DNA of 64,000 nt from a virus, in IMG/VR virus record IMGVR_UViG_3300028840_005080, positions 23,413 through 87,412 of that record. One strand, written 5' to 3'. Each line of letters starts with the position of its first letter. The stretch's first letter is position 1. Below the pieces are notes generated by a model that was not told where the DNA came from, did no database searches, and worked only from the letters and a program-made list of their open reading frames with translations. Shown piece after piece: positions 20,485-29,162 of the stretch. The position numbers and the translations under genes were made by a program.

Positions 20485-22361
20485 TACTTTTCTCCTTCGA
20501 TAAGTTTTTGGATTAATGATTCTATAATATCGCTTTCTTTGAATTTTCCGTCAATAATTTTTTCCGTGATTTCTCTTTTGTAATCAATAATTTCACACAG
20601 ATATTCGTCAAGCGTGCCCTTTGCAACGAATACATAGATTGTTACCGGCCTTTCTTGTCCGATTCTTACCAATCTGTCACAACATTGATCAAAATCAGCC
20701 GGAACAAAAGGAAGCTCCGTAAAACCTCCGTAACATGCTGATGTAAGCGTTATCCCCACTCCTGCTGCTGAAATACCTCCGACAAACAATTTGATATCAC
20801 CGTTATTCTGAAATTCTTCGACAATGTTCTGACGTTTTTTTACGTCAATATCGCCGTCAATTTTAACACTGTTTTTATGAGATTTCATTAATTCAGAAAT
20901 CGCTTTTTTGTGGTGAGCGAACATGACGAATTTTTCATTATTATTGTCGAAAAAATCAGTTAACCATTTTTTGACAACTTTCGCTTTTGCATCGCCCAAT
21001 ATTCTTCTTAATCTGAATATACAGGCTTTTTTCTTTTTGTTGTCGTATTTACTTATATTATCAACAATTCCACGGATTTCGGCTTTGTACTTTGCCATGT
21101 CAGATGATTCAAGTTCAATTGGCATGATTTGGATTGTTTTTTGCGGAAGATCTTTTAACACATCTGTTTTTTTCATTCTGATCATGCAATAATTAAGATA
21201 TTCATTGAGTTCTTTCGCATTCGAAATTCCGTTATATTGCCACCCAAATCCGTTATGACGTGGATTACAATATCTGAATCTGAAATCATATCTTGTGCTT
21301 GCTACGGAGGGTTTGACTTTGTTCAGAATCGACCACAATTCATCTGCCGAATTTCTGAACGGAGTACCTGTGAGCGGGATTATATGTTTTGCGATATCGC
21401 ATAATTCCCGAACCGCTTTTGACTGATAAGTTTGCGAGTTTCCTATTTTGTGTGATTCGTCTATAATTAATATTTCTACTTTGTTGAAATAATTTATCCA
21501 TCCGGAGTGTTTTATTTCAACATTTTTTTTATGAATATTTCTGATAATATCATAATTGACTATATAGAATTCCGCTTCAGGATCAAGTTGATTATTTTCG
21601 TTCGGAAGGCCGCTTAAAACTTGGATTTTTTTTTCACCAAGCCACTTTTCAATTTCAGATTTCCAATTTAATTTCAGTGTGGCCGGACAAACGATGACAA
21701 CCGGTCTTTTTTCGAGATGATGTTGACAATACATAAGAGACACAAGAGTTTTACCAAGCCCCATGTCCATTGCCAGCATACACTTTCCGGCGTGGCTTTC
21801 GATAAAATTAAACGCATCCCATTGAAAGTTATACGGAATACCTTTTAATCCTGATATTTCTTTAATTCCCGGATCATCAAAATTAATTTCATGAAAATAT
21901 TTTTTGCGAATCGAATCATCAATGTCAAACTCGAAATCAACAAGTTTTTTATAATTATTCAAAGTAAACGGAACATGCCATTTTTTATCAGAATATTTTC
22001 TACCAGCCAAAGTTTTTACGAAACCAAGCGTGTTCCTGAAATTATCTCCCGAAAAAGATAATAAAATTTTATTATCTTTCATTATTGTTGTTTTTTCGTT
22101 TTCGGGAGGTTTTATTTGTTCAGCAGTTGTAGTTATCGGAGTGCATTCCGGATTAATCGAAAACAACCCTGATTTGCTCAATTTCGAGAGATTTTCATTT
22201 GTGGCGTCTATTATCCATGCTTTTCTATCCCAATCAAATTTACGGCCTTTCAGAGTCTTAATGAAGTCTTTTTTCTTAACATTGTATTTGAATGAAGCAA
22301 TAAATTTATCTGTTTCCTGATTTATTTCATATTTGTATGATTTTTTAATTTTTTCTATCAT
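20484..22361 (-). CDS. SNF2-family helicase with two N-terminal HARP-like repeats
   Basis: DMGLGKT, VCPATLKLNW, DESH, LTGTP, FAHH, GVGITLT and DRLVRIGQ; repeated IKTLKGRKFDW / VKTLAGRKYSD units. Confidence 0.9.
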   Translation of the reverse strand: MIEKIKKSYKYEINQETDKFIASFKYNVKKKDFIKTLKGRKFDWDRKAWIIDATNENLSKLSKSGLFSINPECTPITTTAEQIKPPENEKTTIMKDNKILLSFSGDNFRNTLGFVKTLAGRKYSDKKWHVPFTLNNYKKLVDFEFDIDDSIRKKYFHEINFDDPGIKEISGLKGIPYNFQWDAFNFIESHAGKCMLAMDMGLGKTLVSLMYCQHHLEKRPVVIVCPATLKLNWKSEIEKWLGEKKIQVLSGLPNENNQLDPEAEFYIVNYDIIRNIHKKNVEIKHSGWINYFNKVEILIIDESHKIGNSQTYQSKAVRELCDIAKHIIPLTGTPFRNSADELWSILNKVKPSVASTRYDFRFRYCNPRHNGFGWQYNGISNAKELNEYLNYCMIRMKKTDVLKDLPQKTIQIMPIELESSDMAKYKAEIRGIVDNISKYDNKKKKACIFRLRRILGDAKAKVVKKWLTDFFDNNNEKFVMFAHHKKAISELMKSHKNSVKIDGDIDVKKRQNIVEEFQNNGDIKLFVGGISAAGVGITLTSACYGGFTELPFVPADFDQCCDRLVRIGQERPVTIYVFVAKGTLDEYLCEIIDYKREITEKIIDGKFKESDIIESLIQKLIEGEK

Positions 22362-22494
22362 TATCCAGCTCCTTTTCGGTATTATGGATAGTTATTATTT
22401 TTTTGCGGGTTGTGTGTGTTCCTGTTATGTACATCAAAGCCATCAGGAACACACTTGGTTTACTGGGATGCCCGCATCACCCTTAGGAGTGCGG

Positions 22495-22674
22495 CTATTC
22501 TGTCAATTCTTGTCTGAGCTTACCGGCCGTTTTTATTCTGACTTGTCGGCCAGTTTTGAGATTTGTCCCATTCCATCCTCCGTAAATCGATTCGGAAGTT
22601 AATTTTACCGAATCGATTTTGTTCGAGACTTTTACGGCGTATATTTTGCCGATTTTAACATCTTTCTTTTTCAT
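22495..22674 (-). CDS. Small hypothetical protein, 59 aa
   Basis: Not in the track. MKKKDVKIGKIYAVKVSNK...GGWNGTNLKTGRQVRIKTAGKLR, ATGA-coupled to the upstream gene. Confidence 0.7.
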   Translation of the reverse strand: MKKKDVKIGKIYAVKVSNKIDSVKLTSESIYGGWNGTNLKTGRQVRIKTAGKLRQELTE

Positions 22675-23429
22675 ACAAGCGCATCATAAACACGCCGCCC
22701 GTCTTCTGTGTTGAATTCGATTCCTCTTGGCGAACCTGCGGCTTTCGGATGACCGGCAAATTCTATACTGGCTACCGTTTTTCCGCCAAATGCATACTCC
22801 GAAAGCGGATTACAGTAGATTGATATTGATTTGTAATGTTTTCTATGAACAATCACGACATCAATGCCATCTTCATAAGCTCTGGAAGGATCGAGCGGAT
22901 CGTTTGGACCGATAACCCAATATCCGACTGTTCCGTTCGAAGCAACATTACAATCAATATAGGCTTGCAAGCTGGCCATATTGGCTTTTCTGCCAATCTT
23001 GATGATTTTGTTTTCAGTGTGTTCCATCATTGTTTCAATGAGATGTGTAACTTCTTGCGGTTCGTCTTTGGGGAACGGGAATTTGAGATCACGTGCCAAT
23101 TGATTGACGCCCACCATATACAACAGAGTCAGATCAAACTTGTTGGAACATGCTGAGCTACCGTTCAAGTCAATTTTTTCCATTAGATCGACATCGACAT
23201 CCGGCAGTTCTTTTCCTGCCATTCGAAGCAACCCAATATATGTGTCAGCATCGATGTGAGTGATTTCTACCATATCATTTTCATCAAGTGTAGGAATCCG
23301 GTCATCATTGCATGGCGCGGGGTTTTCATGATGCACCCCGTGATGATCAAAATGATTCTGGCCATCTGCCAAACCTGATTCCAACGAAAAACTATTACCG
23401 CTTGCTTTTTTTATCAACATTACTTTCAT
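22671..23429 (-). CDS. DHH/DHHA1-like phosphoesterase-type protein (possibly permuted)
   Basis: FDHHG, THIDAD and C-terminal FAGHPKAAG. Confidence 0.5.
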   Translation of the reverse strand: MKVMLIKKASGNSFSLESGLADGQNHFDHHGVHHENPAPCNDDRIPTLDENDMVEITHIDADTYIGLLRMAGKELPDVDVDLMEKIDLNGSSACSNKFDLTLLYMVGVNQLARDLKFPFPKDEPQEVTHLIETMMEHTENKIIKIGRKANMASLQAYIDCNVASNGTVGYWVIGPNDPLDPSRAYEDGIDVVIVHRKHYKSISIYCNPLSEYAFGGKTVASIEFAGHPKAAGSPRGIEFNTEDGRRVYDALV

Positions 23430-23453
23430 TTTTAATTCCCTTTCTTTTTTTGG

Positions 23454-23783
23454 TTAAACGGCGCATCTGACTTTGACAGTCTTAGCGCCGCACTTTGGAC
23501 AGATTCCACTTTTTTCCGGAGGGCCATCAATCTGTTCATGATAACCGCACATTAATTCGCGTGCCGCCCGAAGGTGCTTGCAATTACGGTGAAAATAAAA
23601 CCCTTTGCAATTGCAGCGGGATCGCCCCCCAATACTGTTGATGTGACATTGCTCGTAACCGCCAATATGAGCGGTATTCCCATTTTTACAAATTTCCATT
23701 GGAACCAAAATCAAATCTGGCATTACACTTTCCCTTTCAGAATCTTTCTTGCTGATTCCGGCCATTTCGTGTCGCACGACCAA
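23454..23783 (-). CDS. SWIM/zinc-ribbon protein
   Basis: CNCKGFYFHRNCKH and CPKCG. Start is probably MPDLIL at 23723. Confidence 0.65.
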   Translation of the reverse strand: MVVRHEMAGISKKDSERESVMPDLILVPMEICKNGNTAHIGGYEQCHINSIGGRSRCNCKGFYFHRNCKHLRAARELMCGYHEQIDGPPEKSGICPKCGAKTVKVRCAV

Positions 23784-24094
23784 CCCGGAGTTTCGCTTTC
23801 CATCTTAAAGCAAGGAATTAATACCCCGTCAATATCCAGTTCAGGAACTGCCCACGTTGAAGATAAATATGTATAACTATCTTCAACGATTTTATTGTCA
23901 CGGAAAATGCAGCCACCTGTCCATTCCCAATCGTTCCTTAATCCGGCATTGCAAAAAACAGGTTTTTCTTTTGCGATTATTCTGGCTGCTTTATCCCAAT
24001 CGAATACCATGAGTTCTTTCCCATAAAATGCATTGAAACTGTTCATAATAATACACTCCTTACGGTTCTGTCTCGACATCGCAAAGGATATCAT
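23723..24094 (-). CDS. Hypothetical phage protein
   Basis: MVFDWDKAARII...AGLRNDWEWTGG...YTYLSSTWAVP. Confidence 0.65.
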   Translation of the reverse strand: MISFAMSRQNRKECIIMNSFNAFYGKELMVFDWDKAARIIAKEKPVFCNAGLRNDWEWTGGCIFRDNKIVEDSYTYLSSTWAVPELDIDGVLIPCFKMESETPGWSCDTKWPESARKILKGKV

Positions 24095-24260
24095 TCGCTT
24101 TGTTAAGAGCGGACAAAATCTCTGTCAGCTTCATTTGTCCTTCCCCTGTCCAATTTTCATGGATATCAGGATTTCTGATTTCGGATTTCAGTAACATTTT
24201 GAAATCATCAATCTGCCCCAATAACATATCGTACATTTCCGAAATTTCTGACATGATCAT
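24060..24260 (-). CDS. Hypothetical protein
   Basis: First gene after a promoter, with an AGGAG RBS. Confidence 0.6.
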   Translation of the reverse strand: MIMSEISEMYDMLLGQIDDFKMLLKSEIRNPDIHENWTGEGQMKLTEILSALNKANDILCDVETEP

Positions 24261-24299
24261 TTTCAGTCTCCTTTATTTTTAATGTTGATATTGAGGAGT

Positions 24300-24328
24300 A
24301 TATTACAGAAAAAAATTACAAAATGCAA
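24300..24328 (-). promoter_or_regulatory. Sigma70-like promoter for the replication arm
   Basis: TTGCAT-N17-TAATAT. Confidence 0.55.
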
Positions 24329-24432
24329 TCCTGATTTTAGTCAAAAAATAACGATTATCGGCAAATATTCGGAAATATTATATCAAAATGAATTATTTTC
24401 TTAATTTTTCAAAGAATTTCTATTATTTTCTC

Positions 24433-25206
24433 TTATTTTCTAAGAAATGACGGATTGTTTTTGATATTTTCACGATATTTCAAAGGAATTCTGATTTTCC
24501 CTTGTTTCGGCGAGCGTAAATATCCGTTTTTTATAAAGAATTCGAATAATTTTCTTGTGATTCGGATGTCGTGCAAACAATATTCAATTGTTTCAATAAA
24601 ATTCGATGTGTTGAAATTTATACTGATTTTTTGTTTATTGAGGGTCATTTTGCATAAATCATTTAAATTTAATCCGCCTGGAGATTTTTTTTTAACAGAT
24701 TCAGATAACTTTATACCATAAAATGATGATAAGACAATTAAAAATATATCATATTCAAGCCAATATGTTTCACGTGAAACAATTTTGAAATACGGGAAAT
24801 TCAAGCGATATTTTCTATTGTTTCCAAGTAAAAGCCGAGTGTCAAAATTAATTCCGTTAAATGAAGCACATATGTTTCCATTCAATGCTCTTATAAGCTC
24901 TGAAGAATTGTCAAATATAAAATAGGTATCGCGATTATAACTGTAAATGCATCCGCACAAAAACCCCATCGTATTTTGGGGATCTTTAAACGTCCCTTTG
25001 TTCCTTGTCTCGCAGTCATATATTAAAATGTCTTGCAATTTATATTCTTTCTTAAGTTTCCCATGGTTCGCCCCAGTCAATTGCGGCATTATTAAAATTC
25101 GGGATTCCTGCCCAATCAAGATTAAGAATTGTATTTGATGTATATCCGTTATCGCAAGAACCCGAATACGTATAATCATCAAAATCATAAAAAGTATCAT
25201 AAACAT
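24433..25206 (-). CDS. DEDD/RNase H-like 3'-5' exonuclease (YprB-like)
   Basis: IYDCET, SFNGINFD and EYCLHD. True start is probably near 25065-25090. Confidence 0.75.
   Translation of the reverse strand: MFMILFMILMIIRIRVLAITDIHQIQFLILIGQESRILIMPQLTGANHGKLKKEYKLQDILIYDCETRNKGTFKDPQNTMGFLCGCIYSYNRDTYFIFDNSSELIRALNGNICASFNGINFDTRLLLGNNRKYRLNFPYFKIVSRETYWLEYDIFLIVLSSFYGIKLSESVKKKSPGGLNLNDLCKMTLNKQKISINFNTSNFIETIEYCLHDIRITRKLFEFFIKNGYLRSPKQGKIRIPLKYRENIKNNPSFLRK
24766..24781. promoter_or_regulatory. parS: parS palindrome (A1)
   Basis: Exact TGTTTCACGTGAAACA, inside a CDS (encodes VSRET). Confidence 0.85.
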
Positions 25207-26176
25207 ATTCTGATGTAAATGAGTAAACGCTAAAGATCATCCCTAATTTTTCCGGACAATTATAATTATTTGTCCAATTGATTCTTAATTGCGATGGTCT
25301 GTTTTCGTTTAGCCATTGTGTATGCTCAATCACGCTTTCGCCAGTCCAATTTTGATTGCAATAATTGCCAAAAGTCGGATATGTCAGATATCTTTGATTT
25401 GATGTTTCCCATTTTGCATAAAAACTCCCTCCGTCATTCCAATAATCTGGAGTGAATCTTGAAACCCATCCGGAATCCGTATTAAATTCTATATTGTTAA
25501 TATAGAAACTTGCTCCATCACGAATTGGACAGCAGATAACCGTTGGTTGTCCTGGTATGAGATAATACATATATAACTGAATATATGTTGCCCAATATAA
25601 ACAATCAACAGGCTCATCCCAAAAACCTACGACAACCGGTCTTTCATAACTCCCATATTCATAAAAAACAACTACTATGTCATCTGCTTCAAATGCTGCC
25701 GTATCGCATTGCATATATTGTGCTTTGCATGATCTTGTAGAATCCCCGTATATTTCTACTTCCATATATTCGGCATCTGTGATCGAAGCAACTTTACCTT
25801 TTTTGTATAACGGATATTCTTTTTGCCAACGCCTGTTTCTTTCAGATGACAGGATGTACCCCTTGACAAGCTGATGTTTGTTGTTTGTTTCCCATAATTC
25901 TTTTGGTTTTTTCCACACAGAATTTGTTGAATATGTGTAAACAGGGATATTTTCTTCTTCCTGGCCCGTATGTGTATTCGGTAGGAATCTTAGATTCCCG
26001 TGTCCTTTGTTGACAACAGGCGGTTCGTTGTCAATATCTGCGATTCTTACTTCGGTGCCCAAAAGAATTTCATCTTTTGTGACGCATTGTGCCGAAGTTT
26101 CGCCGATATCAGGAACATTTACGATATAATTATTATTTTCCGCATCATCAATATTTGTTATTACACCGCGACTCAC
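25052..26176 (-). CDS. Baseplate/tail tip-associated protein
   Basis: Distal tail position; two OB-like segments; aromatic-rich C-terminus. Confidence 0.5.
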   Translation of the reverse strand: MSRGVITNIDDAENNNYIVNVPDIGETSAQCVTKDEILLGTEVRIADIDNEPPVVNKGHGNLRFLPNTHTGQEEENIPVYTYSTNSVWKKPKELWETNNKHQLVKGYILSSERNRRWQKEYPLYKKGKVASITDAEYMEVEIYGDSTRSCKAQYMQCDTAAFEADDIVVVFYEYGSYERPVVVGFWDEPVDCLYWATYIQLYMYYLIPGQPTVICCPIRDGASFYINNIEFNTDSGWVSRFTPDYWNDGGSFYAKWETSNQRYLTYPTFGNYCNQNWTGESVIEHTQWLNENRPSQLRINWTNNYNCPEKLGMIFSVYSFTSEYVYDTFYDFDDYTYSGSCDNGYTSNTILNLDWAGIPNFNNAAIDWGEPWET

Positions 26177-27462
26177 GACTCTTTTCCGATATATGCGCTA
26201 AATGTTGTTGTCGGCATGGATCCATATTGATAGGAATGTTGATATTCATATATTGGACATCCTGTTGCTGCCAAAGTCGCTTCGGTTGAGTTTATTGTGA
26301 CAAACTTCCTTATTCCTATATCAGAATTTAAAATTGTTGTTATTTTAAAATTTTTTTCCATTTCTTGCGCATCTGAAATAATATTTGAAGCCAACCGCGC
26401 TGCCTCTGTTAAATTTTTTATAAGCCCGGATGATATTGTCAAATTGTTTATTCCATGCTTATTTGTATAATCACCAACTGCTTCCTGATATGTACTTGCA
26501 TTTTCGTCTACACCTATTACCTCACATCTTGTTGTTATTCCAAGTACATCATCTGTTTCGAAGCTTATTATTTGTGAATCATTATACGAAAGCGATGTTA
26601 GAAAATCAGAAGGTCTGTTTCCCACAAAATAATTTGTAACTCCTCCTGAATAATCCATGTAATGCCATAATTGCGTTCCAACAATTTTGACTATATCGTT
26701 TACTGCGGCAAGAGCTGTTTTATACGCAAAATCTTGTTCTGTCCAATCATAAAGTGAGTTTGTGTTTACGTAATAACTACCGCTTATTATGTCTCTTCCT
26801 CCAAATATTTTTGCAAGATAATAATTTAGAATTCCATCTGCGTTTCCGGAATATTTTGATCCTGTGGCATCTTCGTATGATTCAAAATACACGGTATTCA
26901 TCTCTGTTGCAATAGATGTTCCTGATAACGTTATATAATTATTCCCTCCGAAAGAATATGTTTCCGGTTTTCTGTTCGCAAACCCTTCAAACAATAATTC
27001 ATAAGAAATTCCATTGTTTGATGAATAATAAATTTGCAATCTTTTATATCTGTGTGGTCCGAGTATTCCATAATCATCCAAATGTCCGGAAACCCACACT
27101 CTTGAATTATATAACTCAGCCTTGTCAATTGTTACGCTAAAACTACCTATGACATTACTTTTGGAATTAGAAATATTAAAAGCGTATGCTGTAGAAAGAT
27201 ATTGCCATTGATAAACGCCCACATCCGGGTCATAATCTCTCCACATTACATATGCTTTTGGCTTTATTATATCGCTTGGAGTAGGTATTATTCCCGGATC
27301 AACCACAACTTCGCCTGGGATTATTCCCGGAATAGGCAACGCAACAAGATTTATGCTATATGGCAAATCTACGGAACCATAATGATACGATCTTGAAATT
27401 TCAAAATTGAGCGTGATCGGGAATTGATGACCTTGGCCACCAAATAGGAGCGTCAGAGACAT
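26173..27462 (-). CDS. Tail hub/baseplate (Tal-like) protein
   Basis: LLFEGF, ITLSGTS and HSYQYGSMPTTTF; position after the tape measure/Dit genes. Confidence 0.55.
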   Translation of the reverse strand: MSLTLLFGGQGHQFPITLNFEISRSYHYGSVDLPYSINLVALPIPGIIPGEVVVDPGIIPTPSDIIKPKAYVMWRDYDPDVGVYQWQYLSTAYAFNISNSKSNVIGSFSVTIDKAELYNSRVWVSGHLDDYGILGPHRYKRLQIYYSSNNGISYELLFEGFANRKPETYSFGGNNYITLSGTSIATEMNTVYFESYEDATGSKYSGNADGILNYYLAKIFGGRDIISGSYYVNTNSLYDWTEQDFAYKTALAAVNDIVKIVGTQLWHYMDYSGGVTNYFVGNRPSDFLTSLSYNDSQIISFETDDVLGITTRCEVIGVDENASTYQEAVGDYTNKHGINNLTISSGLIKNLTEAARLASNIISDAQEMEKNFKITTILNSDIGIRKFVTINSTEATLAATGCPIYEYQHSYQYGSMPTTTFSAYIGKES

Positions 27463-27465
27463 TTA

Positions 27466-28068
27466 TTACTCTCCGCCACCAGCTTGGTATGCTTCCCATG
27501 ATCCGCTACCGGATGGTGTCGAATCGGATATCCATTCATCTATCGCACCCGTTGTTGCGGCATACCAGATATCCGCGCTTGTAACTCCGCCTGTAAGTGT
27601 GACATGCACCCCTATTTTGGCTCCGCCTTTGACAGACCACGTTTGCACCATACACAGTGTGTAATTTCCTGTTGTATACAATGCGCTTGCTGCTCCCGGA
27701 GGTGCGAATCCGGAAAATACTTTTGGTTCAAGAAACCCTAATGCATCATCTCCGCTATCTATCACTATTGGCGTTACTATGACATTGCCGACTGTCGATC
27801 CGGTACAATAATATTGAACAATGCATGTAAAAGTTGTGGCTTCTCCGATTGTTATCGCATTACTTAATATACCTGATGGAATTGTGCTAAACTGAAGATC
27901 ATCATCGGATGACACAGTTCTATTGACCGTATCAAAATCAAGGCCATGATATTTACAAGTCGCATCAAAATACTGGACATCACGGGCATTCGTGTCCGCA
28001 TCGTCAACATTGGCATCGCGTGTGGCTATTCTACTTCCATCTGCTATTGTTGAACTTCTTTCAGCCAT
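27466..28068 (-). CDS. Putative virion protein
   Basis: G/T/S-rich beta protein in the tail operon. Confidence 0.5.
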   Translation of the reverse strand: MAERSSTIADGSRIATRDANVDDADTNARDVQYFDATCKYHGLDFDTVNRTVSSDDDLQFSTIPSGILSNAITIGEATTFTCIVQYYCTGSTVGNVIVTPIVIDSGDDALGFLEPKVFSGFAPPGAASALYTTGNYTLCMVQTWSVKGGAKIGVHVTLTGGVTSADIWYAATTGAIDEWISDSTPSGSGSWEAYQAGGGE

Positions 28069-28079
28069 TTACTTTTCTC

Positions 28080-28520
28080 CTAAGTTGAATCCGGCGTTTC
28101 GAATTTTGCAACTATGCTCTCAAAAACTGCCGAATCTCCATCTAAAATTGTTTGATCACTATCATACGTTATTGCTGACATAATAGGATCGTTTGTGACT
28201 GTATCGTTGTAAATAATTACGACTCTGTAAGGCCCTATGTTACCGCCCGATGCTGTTATTGTCACATTATTAAACGTTCTTTTGGCGAGATTATTTGCGT
28301 CATCAACAGCAACGGAACCACCGGACATCGTCTCTCCTCCGGCTGTGTATCCGTTTCCTGTTGAAAGTTCATTTCCTGAAACGTCAGAATATTCAATATC
28401 ATTATCAACATCAAAAGTGAAATTGCTACATAATATTAATTTGAATGTATCATTATCCCAATCTATTTCTTTTGTGGCCAATAACAGAGCCGCGTTTTGT
28501 GGGATTTGAACCGTAGCCAT
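28080..28520 (-). CDS. Conserved minor tail protein
   Basis: IDWDNDTFKLIL...NELSTGNGYTAGG...IGPYRVVIIYNDT. Confidence 0.7.
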   Translation of the reverse strand: MATVQIPQNAALLLATKEIDWDNDTFKLILCSNFTFDVDNDIEYSDVSGNELSTGNGYTAGGETMSGGSVAVDDANNLAKRTFNNVTITASGGNIGPYRVVIIYNDTVTNDPIMSAITYDSDQTILDGDSAVFESIVAKFETPDST

Positions 28521-28771
28521 TATATTCTCCCTATTTCAAATCCGTTTATATCAAATTTTTTGTATCCCAAAAATGTTTCACGTGAAACATTCGTTTTTTC
28601 ATAATTGAATTTGTTAAAAAATAATTCAATAGTAATATTTTTATAATTATCTTCATTATATGTCTGAATTCCGAATAAGCATTTCATAGAATTATTGAAG
28701 TAAAAATTTAGAAAATTTAGTATCAATCCTTCTTTATCGTTTTTATAAAAAATCAGATTAAAATCAAACAT
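28520..28771 (-). CDS. Hypothetical protein carrying an internal parS
   Basis: AT-rich ORF coupled on both sides; contains VSRET. Confidence 0.45.
   Translation of the reverse strand: MFDFNLIFYKNDKEGLILNFLNFYFNNSMKCLFGIQTYNEDNYKNITIELFFNKFNYEKTNVSRETFLGYKKFDINGFEIGRI
28574..28589. promoter_or_regulatory. parS: parS palindrome (B1)
   Basis: Exact TGTTTCACGTGAAACA; the palindrome extends to 20 bp. Confidence 0.85.
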
Positions 28772-29160
28772 TATGCAGTCTCCATATCAATTGAATCGCC
28801 TGTTACAAGCATTTGAATAGCCGTATATGTTTTTCCGTATTCATTCCCGCTTTTTTGTACATCTGTAATATAAACAGGCCATGTTTTGTCAACATAATTG
28901 AAAAAATATTCCAAATACGTGTTGTCTTCTTTCATTTCCGCAAGCAAATTGTAATCATCTTGTGATAACCTTATATTCGATACTTCTATTTTTGTTCCTT
29001 TGTTGTTATAATCCCATACAGCCCAAACAATATCGCCGTTAAGATATGTGACTTCTGCTATTTTTTTTTGACCTATTCTTTTAAAAGTTGGCTCATCAAT
29101 ATCAAAATTTATTGAATTTCCGGCTGTTCTGTAATATTTGCTATTTATCGAGGCTTTCAT
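28771..29160 (-). CDS. Distal tail protein (Dit-like)
   Basis: 129 aa, immediately downstream of the tape measure gene. Confidence 0.55.
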   Translation of the reverse strand: MKASINSKYYRTAGNSINFDIDEPTFKRIGQKKIAEVTYLNGDIVWAVWDYNNKGTKIEVSNIRLSQDDYNLLAEMKEDNTYLEYFFNYVDKTWPVYITDVQKSGNEYGKTYTAIQMLVTGDSIDMETA

Positions 29161-29162
29161 TT

